This document shows, in pieces, positions 13,997-28,236 of a stretch of DNA of 64,000 nt. The first letter of the stretch is position 1; each line of letters starts with the position of its first letter. The position numbers and the translations under genes are program-made. The stretch comes from Chrysomallon squamiferum. Taxonomy: Eukaryota; Animalia; Mollusca. A model generated the notes under the pieces. It did no database searches and was not told the DNA's origin. It saw only the letters and a list, made by a program, of their open reading frames with translations. The DNA is taken from the NCBI GenBank assembly GCA_012295275.1, contig CM022678.1:18290001-18354000 (forward strand), read 5' to 3'.

Positions 13997-14065
13997 CATA
14001 ATTCTACTACTACTACTACTACTTCTACTACTACTACAACTACTACGCTATTTTAACTTTTTCTT
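13720..14065. repeat. Triplicated (AAT)n-(ACT)n-ctactacgctatgttaacttttt unit in TRIM intron 2
   Basis: Three copies of ctactacgcta(tg/tt)ttaacttttt at ~13818, ~13930 and ~14040. Confidence 0.8.
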
Positions 14066-14079
14066 TTTTCAACGTTCAG

Positions 14080-14739
14080 CTGGCAGTTTCTCGCTACATC
14101 ACGACGTCAAGCACAACTCCATCGTCCTCCACTCGAACAAACTGACGGTCACGGACGAGGGATGCTCGGAGTTTCCGCTGTCCAGCGCCTACGTCCGGAA
14201 GCCGGCGCTGCGGCGCGTGCGAGGCATTGTGGGAAGCGTGACGTTCTGCGCGTACCAGTGGTACTGGCAGACGCGCGTCTTCCTGCGCGTGTCGCACAAA
14301 CTCAAAGATGGCGACCTGATCGCGTGCCTCGGGATTTGCCGAGACTTGGACGAAGACAAAGTGTCGCCGCTGACCGAGCACTCGTACTGCCTTGTGCAGC
14401 GCCATCTATAAGAAGCCCGGTCGCAGCGAAGTGGCCGTCTACTTCTGGGACGGAACGCGACACGCCCGGACACACCCAGACACGGACGTCCGTCTGCTGA
14501 GTCTTGCCGACGCCGAGTCGAAGACGACCTTCACCTTGGGCTTCTACCTCGACTTCACGGAGAAGGTTTTGAAAGTGGTGCACGTCCAACGCAACGTCGT
14601 GCTGTTTGTTTTTCGCGGACTGGAAATTAACGTCGCTCACCCCATCTGTGAGTTGCACAACCCGAAAAAAGTCGTGGTGCGTCTGGATTACCAGACGAAT
14701 ATAGAGGACATCAAGACTCTCCCCACCTGTTTAATGTGA
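14080..14739 (+). CDS. TRIM-like gene, coding exon 3 (PRY/SPRY, B30.2-like), with a 1-nt frameshift near 14390
   Basis: Acceptor ttcag| at 14079 gives an in-phase reading AGSFSLHHDVKHNSIVLHSNKLTVT...GIVGSVTF...WYWQTRV...LGIC...HSYC. It continues in another frame as LCSAIYKK...TLGFYLDFTEKVLKVV...LFVF...HPICEL to a stop at 14739. The corrected product is ~483 aa. Confidence 0.75.
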
Positions 14740-14985
14740 TACACGTAATATTATATATATGTATGTATGTATAACTCCGCTTACATATCTATTAATATTA
14801 CTCATAACAGAGACTGTAACTTTCTTTGAAAATGTATTTCTTGCCATGACAGCTGTAACTGAATCAGAGAATAGCATATTGACATGTCAATAAGAAGAAG
14901 AAGAAGAAGAAAAAGAAGAAGAAGAAAAGTGACGTTTTAACACAGACGCAAAATAAATTTGTTGTTTATTTTTTACTTGGGGCAG

Positions 14986-15021
<36 letters not shown>

Positions 15022-16041
15022 TATTTATTGTTTTTCATTTTCTTTTTAATGCAGAAAAATGAAAATATGCTTGAAAGTGCAATATATAAAAAAATAAAGT
15101 TTATATATTCGTGTATAATTGTTTTGAATTTTTGAATATAATGATCATAATGATGATGATGATGATGATGATACATGCTGAATATCACTTATCATTCGAA
15201 ATGCTTGGGTCCGGTTAATATTTTGATTTCGGAATTTTTAGGATTGTGCAATATAAAGAAAAAACCCGAGGATAAAATTTAAGTCTAAATTACATTTATA
15301 TTTCATGAAAAGCTTACTTTACTGTCTTTATTTTGTAGACGCACATATCTTAAAAGACTGAGGCGTCATTATTACTCTCAGTCCGTTGTAATTGTTGATA
15401 GAATTTAAAATATTAAAATATAAACTATTTACTATCATCATTCTTCTTCTTCTTCTTATTTTATTTATTTATTAAATAATTTTCCGTCACTTGATATATT
15501 TTGTAAGAAAAAAAACGCTGATTCATTACTGCTGGTTTTTGCACTGATTAACAGACTGAAATCAGACAGTAGAAAGAAATATTTTATATCTAACATACTA
15601 CAGACAAAAAACAACAACATGTTATTTCCTTAAATACAGTAATCCAATTCCCGTAAAACTATGGAAATTCTAGAGACGATAGAAAAGACTTCGAACCATC
15701 TGGAGAACTTTATATTTAAAATAAATAAATAAATAAATAAATAAAGTAAAACCATAACATATCCTCAGATTAAGTAAAAAAAAAAAAAAAAAAAAAAAAA
15801 ATTTTTTTATAAATTTATAACCCCGGTATGAGTGCACCCCGTTTTATAAGACTGAGTTATCGTAACCCGTTTTTGAAAGCTCGTGCTTTCTTTCCTGAAG
15901 CTGACAAGTCCTTTATTTCAGAAGAAAAGAGCGAGGATGAATGTAAACAGATTTTGTTACACGATTTATTTGGTTTTTTGTTTGTTTTCATTTCTATTTC
16001 TATTTCTGTTTTATTTATTTATTTATTTATTTATTTTAAAT

Positions 16042-16132
<91 letters not shown>

Positions 16133-16475
16133 CTTTTGACACTTCATTAAAAAGCTATGCGGAAGGCCTATGCAAAAACGCACGTGCACACACATAAAAA
16201 TTAATCATGAACACATACATGTAGAAAACCACGCACACATCTACAAACATATGTAGCTGAGTGCTTGCAGAACATCACGCATGCACGCAGAAATGCTTAC
16301 ATGTTTAATAACATCAGTAAAAATGATATGTTATCTAGATTACGATTTCCATGACGTAAATTGCAGCAATACGTGTTTTATGTGCTGTAGCCTGTTTTTC
16401 ATGTTTCTCAGTCAACATTTCAATATTAGTTTTGAATATTATTTTGTTTTATAATAGTAGTAGTAATAGTAGTAT

Positions 16476-16537
<62 letters not shown>

Positions 16538-16662
16538 AGAAGAAGAAGAAGAAGCAGATGAAGAAGGAAATCATTTCAGGTACGTTTTACATGATAAAAA
16601 AATACCTTTCCCCCTCATTGATAAACCAGATACTCATGAACGGTGTACAAGTTATATTTTTA

Positions 16663-16766
<104 letters not shown>

Positions 16767-17668
16767 AGATTTGATTTGAAAACTAGATAAACAAAAAGCA
16801 AATAAACACAAACGAAGACACAATTTTATAATATTAATTTATTATTAACTGAATTTAAGATCAATTCAGTATTTTTTTTACTTTTATTTTTCTCAATGAT
16901 TAAAACACTGTATTGTTTTAAAAACTAATACTGTTAATTTATAAATCAGCAATCATGTTGAAATCAGTGTTCGATTCTTTATCCACAAACGTCACATATA
17001 ACATAATTACACAAGATGAATTCTCTCAAAGAATCAGGAGCGATCAAGTTTTTATACAGTTCCAGATAGCGTGTTGGTTACATAGATAAATAGTTAATGG
17101 TGTATTGTGTGTTAAATATACTTCTTTCTTCATTGCTGTACTTCATGATATTCATAATGCCCTTCTTTTTTTTAAATGCATATAAACGTCTGAGTCAGTG
17201 GTTTTGCCAGTATGAGTGATATTTAGCCAGTAGTAATGTTTTTGTTTTTTATATATCTGTGTCCAGAACCTTCTCAGATAAATTTAGTGTCAGCCATTGT
17301 AAGCGTGACGTAGCCAGTAATGTCCAAGTACTCTCGAACCAGGTTCCGCACGTTGCCAGTAAGGGATGCCTGGCGTGTGGGAGTTACCGAGTTCGCGTCC
17401 TGTCAGGGGGACTGACGTGTGTCCTGCAGTTCAGTCCGAGCCGAGTCACTGCGCATGCCCCATCCCGGTCGTGCACAAGCCGATAAATAAAATGGCGGAC
17501 CAACTTTTGCGACTGCGCCAGCGACTGTACCGTACGTACGACCCCCGCCACGATGCTGTTAACGCCGGTCACAACGGTCCTCCACAGTCCAAGTCGTCGA
17601 GGCTTTGGCGTCGTCGATACGTCATCGTCTTCTACAACAACAAGAGCAGCAGCGTTGTTACTGGCAAG

Positions 17669-18262
17669 TCATGTCTCCCGCAGGTCCTTGTAGAAAATCA
17701 GCGAGCTCACGTACGAGCCGTCCTTCATGCGGCCCCCCATGGGGAGACAACCCACCTGGCGGAACCCGCCCACGGACTCGACGATGCGGATCATAGCCCG
17801 GTTGTTGGCGAAGGTGTCGACGTACATGCCGATGAAGCCGAGTCGCCTCGCGAAGTCCACGCACAGCTCGAAGCAGCGCTCTCCGATCCCTTTCCCCCGC
17901 TCGCTCTTCTTGATGATGACGAAGGGGTCGGCGACGTGGGTGCCGCGGTAGAACTTGCTGACGGTGATGAGGAAGGCCGCGATCAACGCGCCGTCGTCCT
18001 TGCTCATGACGGCGAAGTTGTAGCTGCCGCCGATGTCGAGGCGGAAGTCCTTTCTCCGAGGTGTACTCGTCGACGGCGAACCCGTTGCCGGCTTTCGACG
18101 CCTCGACGATCATCGCGAACGTCTCCGACAGCTGCGAGTCCGTCATGACGTCGACGAGGACGGTGCGCCCGTCCGGGAGCGACGTCGTCATGGGAACGAT
18201 GTCGGTGGCTCGTTTCAGCTCCGGCGTCTTGATGACAACTCCTTGACTGGTGACAAGTTTCA
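17669..18262 (-). CDS. GNAT-family N-acetyltransferase (Mpr1/Spt10-like), main exon, with a 1-nt frameshift near 18051
   Basis: Acetyl-CoA motif A (ERGKGIG), ARRLGF and NNRAMIRIVESVGGFRQVGCLPMGGR. The N-terminal half (LPDGRTVLVDVM...GNGFAVDEY) is in the adjacent frame and joins if one T of ttt at 18051-18053 is removed. Acceptor ttttctcag| at 18263. The corrected product is ~197 aa. Confidence 0.8.
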
Positions 18263-18975
18263 CTGAGAAAAGATGAAAAATAAAAACGTTTAAATTATTA
18301 TTTCCTTTTAGCAATATATAAATGTAACAAAAATGAATTTTTATATTAATTCAAGTGGGAAACATAATTATAGTTAAGAAAAAAGAAAAAAGAAAAAGAA
18401 AAAAGAAAATAAAAAGACAACCAATGTGTTACGCTTTTTAAAGTAGCAATAAGAGATATTTTATATGCACCTTCCCACAGACAGCGCAGCATATATCACA
18501 TAATTTTATGATCAGCTGTAATGACTTTCAACGGACGCGATACGGAGGTTTGAACTTTCGACTCGCAGAAGTAAACATTCTTAACTCTGATGTAGATATT
18601 ACTTATCTCGCGTAACATAATAGTAACAAAAAAAAAAAAAAGAAGAAGAAGAAGAAAAAAAGAGGTTCCTCACGGTTAATTATCTGCTGTAACCTTAGAC
18701 TGAGACAAGTTTAAAAAGATAACACAGTCATGCAATTATTACGTCACTAGTTTCGGTTGTTCACCGCCCTCGTGCGGTTATGCCGTGCATCGGAGCGCAA
18801 AACTGTCGTCTGTAATGTTTCGAGGTCGAAAGTTCAGCGACACAAACAATAGCGCGTGCAGGATTAACCGAGTGACAACACCTGGGCTCTTTTGTAATGT
18901 AAGTTAGACGTTTCGAAGTAATAGCAGTTTGGTGTTAGCTCTTACAACGTAAAATACTGACTTGTCTCTCCGTTT

Positions 18976-19045
<70 letters not shown>

Positions 19046-19356
19046 TATTTACGAAATCGTATTTCGTTACACAGAATTACCGATGCGACAGAAAAAGAAA
19101 AAAAAAAAAAAAAAATTAAGACTCTTTTCTATTTATATAAGAGTATTCCCAGGCAGAAAATCTGACAAAACAAACTTTCCACTAATAAAGCTTGTGAAAA
19201 GCAGGTGAGCGGATACAAATAGAAGGTTATACATGTGTAAATACAGCTCACTGCTTAATGATACGTAACCCTTTTCACTACAGCGTGTTTTCTGTTGTTT
19301 TTTTTTTTTGGTTTACATTTTCATTAATATGGTTAAACAAACAAGAGTGAGTGAGT

Positions 19357-19419
<63 letters not shown>

Positions 19420-19579
19420 AATACTGATATTTTATTACGCCCATCCCAAAGCGTTGCACGACAACATTCCATTTTATTACATTTTTTTTCCCCCTGTGGT
19501 GCATTATGTCATACCAATGTCAACACAAGAGTGAAACAGAAAAAGATAAATAGACTGTGTTGCGGATAAAGACACATAG

Positions 19580-19667
<88 letters not shown>

Positions 19668-20000
19668 AGTAACAAAAGTATTGATCAACAAACACCAGAC
19701 ATGACTCACTGTCTGTTGTTAAATTCAGTGCATTCGATCTTAAACTGGCAGTTTTAACACACTAACGAGAAACCAAATCATTAACCTTAACGTAAAAACC
19801 TTGACGACAAAAAAGAAATAGCAGACACGACGACAACTACATACAGTTATTATCGTTAAAAAGAAAAAAAAAAAAAATTAATTAAAAAGTTCCCGAAAGA
19901 AGAAAATAATAATTAAAAAAAAAAATTTAAATATTTTTTAAATACCAAATGAAATTAAAAGATAATCTGTATATTAACTGCTAATAATATAAATGAATCT

Positions 20001-20245
20001 ACTCACTGTTTGATGAAGATGTCGTTGATTATATCCAAGCGTTTCTTTTTTCACGGAGTATAGTGAACTACTCGTCCCAATTGCGCTCTCTCTCTCTCTC
20101 TTGTAATATCTGAAGGTCGCCTCGTCAAACTTAGGTATATATATATGTGTAGAAATACCCATCGGAAAAAAATAGAACGCCGCCACTGCGCAGGTTCCTG
20201 CGCATGTCCATATACATTATCATAAACACTGTCACGTGACTCAGT
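20001..20245 (-). promoter_or_regulatory. Putative promoter and first exon of the GNAT gene
   Basis: Minus-strand donor caaacA|GTGAGT at 20007/20006. Upstream are NRF1-like tgcgca motifs (~20187-20206) and the E-box palindrome GTCACGTGAC (20231-20240), which overlaps an AP-1 site TGACTCA. Confidence 0.5.
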
Positions 20246-20477
20246 GATCTCACCTTTTTATATCTGTGAGCTCTTATCGACCTCAAAGGAATGTGATGGC
20301 TTCCGCAAAAAGTCCTGAAAGTTCGGTTCATATGATTTTTGTACTGTTTGCGTTAATGTATAAAGTTTTTGTTTTCGTTTTCGCTGGCGCCTGTGTCAGT
20401 CAAAACACTGCGACATGAACGAGTTTTGTTCATGTAATGTGGTGCAGTAGACACATATAGACCGACCTTATTTTAAT

Positions 20478-20537
<60 letters not shown>

Positions 20538-20626
20538 TGTTTTTGAGGTCATATCTTAAATACACGGATAGCATACTGTTTCCAATTTTTTATTTTATTA
20601 TTATGATTATGATTATGATTATGATG

Positions 20627-20689
<63 letters not shown>

Positions 20690-21042
20690 TTATTTCTTCT
20701 TCTTCTTATTATTATTAATTTATTTTATTTTGTTAAATTTATTTACTGCTACTATATTACTAATACTACTACAACTACTACTACTACAACTATCACTACT
20801 ACTAATATAATTACCACTATTACATTACTACCACTACACGCAGGTTTTTACTGTTGTTGTTGATGCTGTTGTTATTTGTAACTGAAATAAATAATATATT
20901 GACAGTTCGTCGAGTTTTAGTCTACGTCTGCTTTGATATCAATGTCAGTTAATATTTGAAGTAGTAGTTAGATTTAATCTCTTGGTCAAACAGCGATCAT
21001 GTTTGCTTGTGATTTAGATTGAATGCTAGGATAATCTACGAA

Positions 21043-21137
<95 letters not shown>

Positions 21138-21899
21138 AGTAAATATAAAGAAGCTATTAAAATAACTTAATGAGAGAGAGAAAGAATAGGAAAAACAGGG
21201 ATGAAAGAGAAAGACGAGGTACGGAGAAAAAAATAAAAAAAAGAAGATAAAAGGAAAACCAGACACAGAGTGAAAGAAAAGAACACACAACGAGAGAAAT
21301 GAAGACAAAATGAAGAACAGAGAAGGAAGAGACGTGTCTCTAAAAATAGCTCAGCTCTAAGAAAAGCAAAAACAAAACAAAACACAAAACGAAACAATGT
21401 CGATGTCAGCTATATGGTTACAAGAGCTAATTAAAACCACTTGTCCAAGCAGACACTTATCTCTCTCTCTTTTGTGTGCTTAACCTACAGTCCTGTTGTT
21501 TTGTTTACCTAATTAGCAACGTGTCACAGACGCTGAATAAAGCCTAATTTGAAAACGTAAACAAAGTAAATTACAGGTGTATTATTATATATATATACAT
21601 ACTAAAATAAACCCAGAAATTACCTGAAGGTATGCGCCTCGGATTGAAACTAATTACGGTTATAAAAGGTACATTTAGTTAAAACAGCTGGTGGTGTAGT
21701 TAACTCACAGCAACAATGAGACATTTTATTTATTTCGGCATTGTTGTTGATAATGATTTGACTACAGTTATTTCTAAATATACCTTAGTAATGACTTAAA
21801 ATCAAATATGCACGCACACTCATTAATTTTTTCTCACGATCGTACTGTACAAATATATATATATATATATATATATACATTCAACGATGCAGCATTATT

Positions 21900-22013
<114 letters not shown>

Positions 22014-22101
22014 GTCTCTCTCCGAAACACACATTTAGAGAACTGCAACACAGCAGTTCAAGACACACACACACACACATGTATGTATGTATGTATGTAT
22101 G

Positions 22102-22132
<31 letters not shown>

Positions 22133-23273
22133 TTGCATCATATAATTATGTAACAACGACGATGATGACGACGACAACAACAAGAATAATAATTATGATG
22201 GTGCTGAAGGTGCAGCTGATACAAACATTGATTAAATAATTAAAACAACAACAACAACAGCAACTGAAATAATAATAACAACAACAACAACAACAACAAC
22301 AATAATAATAATAATAATAAGAAGAAGAAGAAGAAGAAGGAAGAAGAAGAAGAAGAAGAAGAACAACAACAAAAAAAAAAAAAAAAAAATACGATCTTGT
22401 AATAAAACCGAACTCTATAAATAAAACATCATCATCTGCTATTTTATTTCTTCTCATATTCTGTCACTGCTCCTCCCCTATACCAGCCCCTAAACCCATC
22501 CCGTACACACCCTCACGTTTAATTTCTTAAACTCGTATACAATGTCACGTTTGGCCTCCGAGGAATGACGCAAACTCGTAAAGAACGGAAAACGGCTGAT
22601 CTATTGCATCAGATCTATAACTATTTAAGTTTTATTTTTGTTCCGGCAGGTCCTGGAATTTATGACAGTGAAACTTTGAAATGACACGATTTATAACGAG
22701 AAAGAAAAAATACAAGGTTAACAGAGTGCAAATATATAATGTAGAGTTAATAAAAACAACAACAACAAAAAAAAAAAAAAAAAAAAAAAAGAAAAGAATG
22801 AAAAATAAAAATAATATTAATAAAATAAATAAATAAATTAATAATAATAATAATGATGATAATAATAAAGAAAAAATAAAGAAAAATAAAATGAAAAAAT
22901 AAAACAAAAATAAAAATTTGTTATTTTTATGATGTTTCTGTTATTATTTTACACATACATACATACATACATTATAAATACCTATAATATTATTTATAAA
23001 TTCATATGCGCCACGTACAGATACAGTATATATTATTTTTCAAATTCATTATCCTCCAATTCAGCACATATATGAAAGACTTTACACGGCTAAAAAAAAA
23101 AAAAAAAAAAAAAAAATTGTTATTAAAAGTCGCACAGAAATGTAGCACCTTTAGTTACAGTAATGCTATTTGTGAACTAAAGCGACTCATTGTGACTTCG
23201 TGTGTGGCGAGGGTGACGTAATTAACAGTGAACTTACTTTTCTTAAGCTCAGCGAAGATTTGTACTAGTGGTC

Positions 23274-23304
<31 letters not shown>

Positions 23305-24735
23305 CAAAGTATGTTAATAGTTTTCTGTATGTATTATATACAAGCATGTTTTTATATATATACACACACAAAGAAACACATACTCATGCGCGCACATATC
23401 TATATCTAAATCTTTAAACTTGTTTTTTCTCCCATAACGCTTCGATACACTTTCGTAAAGGCACAAGTTATTGTTAAAACGTTGCAGAATACTGGCATGA
23501 CAAAACAGTAATAAACCTACATGCTGACACCAGAATAGCGTATTTCTGTTTCGCTGTTGCGGTATAACAGTGTAGTGACACGCTTACGTCACAACACGAC
23601 GATAAACTTACATCATATAACCTTCAGTACAAAGAAGGATTTATTTTTGGTATCGGAAATAATTTAATTGTTACGTCATAACAATATCTCTATTATGTCA
23701 TTAAAAAGTCACCCCGACCCCTTCCTGTGATGATGTCATCATCGTAATATAATAATTACATCATTAAGCTAAGAAATACAAATAAATTGAAAATGAAATT
23801 ACAACGTCATCACTTTTTAGTATGACGTAATAATGTTTTCTCTTGAACGCTTAAACCCAGCGCAACTGGAGTTTAACAGAACGTCACCCATAACAACGTA
23901 GTCTCGTTATAACTTACTTGCTTATTGCATCAGCCTGTGGAAAAGTTTACAATCACGTCTGTTGGGAAGTTAAAAAAACATGTCAACCACCGATATCACT
24001 GTGTCGTTGGTCACGTTAGCACGTACACCTCGCCGACTCAGAAGAACACCAGCGGTCACGATGACGATGCAAAGCGAACGTGTACTTTAGCGACACGAAG
24101 GATCTGGGATCGATTCTTGGGACAGTAAGAGAGGAAAGTAAGAATTAAATGTAATAAACGTGTCGCTTTTTAATTCCGATCAGTCAGTGTTAGTCTAATT
24201 CACTAACACGTTAACAAATATATTAACTAGCTAACCCACTAACTAATTATTCAGTCAAGCATAAAACAACGTGAAGTGGTGAACTCACTAACAAGTTAAC
24301 ACACGAACATGCACAATAGCTACGCTGTCAGCTGACAAACAACAAGTTGTCAACTCACTAACCGATAACGTTGTCAGTTTACTAACAAGTTAACCAGTTG
24401 ACGCGTTACTATGTTAACATCGGCAACATTTTTAATTTAGTGTCCTAATTCAGTTTGGTTTGGTTTAATATTCTAGTTTTGTACGATCAAACGTTGAACT
24501 GTTACAAATGTATGTACTGTACAACCACAGCAAATTAAAAAAACAACAACAACAACTGAAAATTGACTCTTTACTTGGGTATTGTCTCGTTTTGAAATCG
24601 ATAGCTTGAGTAGGTCCAGTGACTGAGCGATATCTGTGAGTATAATAGATGTTAGATAAAAAGATTACGTCTGCTTAGCCGAGAAAAACGATCTGGCGAT
24701 GTTGGAAACTTACTCACAACAAGCCTGCTTGAACT

Positions 24736-24834
<99 letters not shown>

Positions 24835-24888
24835 ATATGTTGGTCATTCTCTGGTTCTGAATCTAGCATACTGTGTTATCTAATCAGC

Positions 24889-24951
<63 letters not shown>

Positions 24952-24993
24952 CTATTACTACTACTGTTGCTGCCTCTACAACTTTTACTGGTT

Positions 24994-25054
<61 letters not shown>

Positions 25055-25878
25055 GACCACAACCATTACTGCAACATCAACACCTGCTCTGTTTTAAAGA
25101 CATAACCAGACCTTTCAGTTACAGGCCCAGGCAATACGTGCTTAACTACACCTTTTCCTTATTGATACGTCATTCCTTTATCTCTCTGTATGTAAAGACT
25201 TTTATATCGAGAAAATAATCAAGACAGCAGGGGGGGGGAGGGAATTACGTGACTCCCGGGTCAGCGGATTTCACGGTTGAACGAACAGGAGCTAAATAAA
25301 ACAGTGTGTGTACGTTAGACTCGGCAAAAGCAAGCACGTTTTGCCCCAGATGTGAAAGAGAGAAAAATAAAATGTTTACATAGAAGACACGTTTTTTTTT
25401 TTTTTTTTTATAGTAGTATAATCTTTCATGAGATAACAGGTAAACAGTTTGTTTCATTTTGTGTAGTTTCAAGGGAAACAAAGGACAGGATTATAGTTCA
25501 TAAATCTTGTTTATTGAACCGTTTAGGCTATATGGAAACACGTACCACAGGCTTTTGGTGGTAAGTGTATGGAGCAGTGTCTGGAACGGGAAATAGTCGA
25601 ATTTCTCAGGTAAAATGAAAATAAAAAATATATTCTGTCTAGTTTGAGTTATTATTACAGTTTGACTTTCAAGATTCGTTATTTTCTCTTTTCTTTCATT
25701 CATATTTGTCTTTCTCTTAGTTTTTTTCGTACTGTAATTCCTTCTTTATTTTTTCTTCTACTTTCTTCTTCTTTTTTCTTTCTTTCCTTTTTCTTTTGTG
25801 TTTTTTTCTTTCCTCTCCTTTATTTTGTTTCTTTGATTGTTTCTTCTTCTTTTCCTCTTTTCATTCTTTATTTCTATA

Positions 25879-25944
<66 letters not shown>

Positions 25945-26105
25945 TTTTTATTTCATAATATAATTCTTTATTTACCCATATCACTCAGACTTTCTTTATC
26001 CATCATTTTCCCATGTTTATTTTAAAAACCAAAAAAACAACAACAACAAAACAAACAACAACAACAAAAAGAACATTCACGGTTCTGTTTAACACACAAC
26101 AACCG

Positions 26106-26137
<32 letters not shown>

Positions 26138-27088
26138 TTCTGTCTTTAATGCGAGGGACGGATCTAGATTTCAGAAACTGGAGGGGTGGCACCTCTACCT
26201 TGTAGCTGAACACTTTCAAGGTGAAATCAGTACAGTTATTAAGAAAACAAACAAAAATCGATGATCCCAGAATAGGGAAAAATTCACTTACTCAGTGACA
26301 TTTCATAGATCGGACATTTTTTTTTTCTTTCTTCTATAGGTTACTTCTGGCTTCAAGCTGTACTCAGTTTCTACTTCAGTGTTGTTTACAAAACTTTTGT
26401 TATCAGTTGTTGACAGAGAAAGATTCCTGCCATAAACAAAGATTTGGTTGTTAATGCCAGACAAATGAGATAAAATATCACAGGTAACAAAAGATAACAG
26501 GACACACTCTTTGCTAACGTGTCGGATAATTAGTCTCCATTCATAAACTGAGGGACGTTTATCTAACTGACTTCGAACATGCTTCAGATAGGAAATACGG
26601 TTATCAAAAAAAGAATGTCAAAAAATTATGTAAATGGTCTTGTGATTACAATAGACTTGCACGTACTAGACAAACAGATAAACAGACAGGTCAGATAAAT
26701 AAACACCTTCGCATTGTAGAGATTAGAAAACATCTCTGCCATGCCCTTGACCTTTTAGCTTTTGCGTACCAGCTTACAACGAATTAAATATATGCTGGTT
26801 AACGCCGTCTGTTTTTAAATTAATACGATTACTGACTGTTCAGAATAGAAAATAGCTTTTTGACCTTGAAAACTATTTAAAGAACGCGTTGTATGTAAGA
26901 CTGCGCCACGAGTAACTGTCCATCCTCCAAATCCACATCCACTTTATGTTTATGTTGATGCTTATTTGTATATGACTTACAGTATTGTAAATATTTGTTT
27001 GCTTATGAGCCACAAGGTTTAAAACACGGTTTAGTAGTAGTAGTAATAGTTTTGGTAGTAGTAGTAATAATAATAATAACAATAATAA

Positions 27089-27129
<41 letters not shown>

Positions 27130-27131
<2 letters not shown>

Positions 27132-27303
27132 AACTAAAACTAAAACTAAAACTAAAACCAAAACCAAAACCAAAACCAAAACCAAAACCAAAACTAAAAC
27201 TAAAACCAAAACCAAAACCAAAACCAAAACCAAAACCAAAACCAAAACTAAAACTAAAACTAAAACTAAAACTAAAACTAAAACCAAAACTAAAACTAAA
27301 ACT
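27130..27303. repeat. Hexanucleotide microsatellite (AAAACT/AAAACC)n
   Basis: Directly visible alternating blocks of ctaaaa and ccaaaa. Confidence 0.95.
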
Positions 27304-28146
27304 ACCAAACGTCAGAACGGAATACTGATATAACTAAACTTTCATGAATTATCGTGTAGCCCATTGTTCTATGGACGTTTAACACCATATTTGCAATTTA
27401 TTGTTATAATTATAATTTATTATATAACCCCGTCACCACTGCCTCTCAACTGAACGTACGCTGAAAAGATTTGAACCAGTGACCTATGGCTTATTACCAA
27501 TCTATCATCAACTACTGAAGACGAACATGATTTACCGTTCACTTGTACTTGATCTTCACTTTCTCAAAGTCATTTTTTGTGTACTGAATCCACTTTCATA
27601 TCTTAGTTGATATACAAACTTGCACGTATAAATACCATTCTGGGTAGTCAAATCGAGGAGACAGAGTTATTTGCCCTTAGTAGAGAACGTTAGCAAGTCA
27701 GGACATTTCGTACGGGCACCGGTCTAATAGCCCACTTAAAACCAAGGTTTCCCATAGGTCAAAGTTGTGTTCCCGATACCATTATTGCTATGAAACCGAA
27801 GCCGAGTAAGGTTATAAGGACATGAAACTGTTTCTATTTTTAGTAAAAATCTTGGTTGTAATCGGAATTTGTAGATAATCCAGAAAATAGTCCCAGTTAT
27901 GGTCTAAAAATAAAATGAAATAAAATCAGACTGGGTGGAATAAATTTTTTAATTTTTTAAACATTTTTTTTTATTATCCCAATATATTCTGATCAGCCTG
28001 TTGAAGTGCGTTACTATTTATAGAAACATTGATTATGACGATTCCCGATGCTTCGCAAAAGGAGGAAAAGAAACTACAAAAAAACCCCACAAAAACAAAC
28101 AACAATTATAACCAAGAACAAGAAAAGAAGAAGAAGAAGAAGAAGA

Positions 28147-28236
<90 letters not shown>

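Noticed and set aside
17366-18148. 260-aa plus-strand ORF antisense to the GNAT gene, and overlapping ORFs at 14094-14658
   Set aside because: These are shadow ORFs of high-GC3 coding sequence with no recognisable domain.
21655-21800. TATAAAA box followed by a short ORF (MRHFIYFGIVV...)
   Set aside because: Only 27 codons, with no domain or partner exon. TATA-like words are common in this composition.
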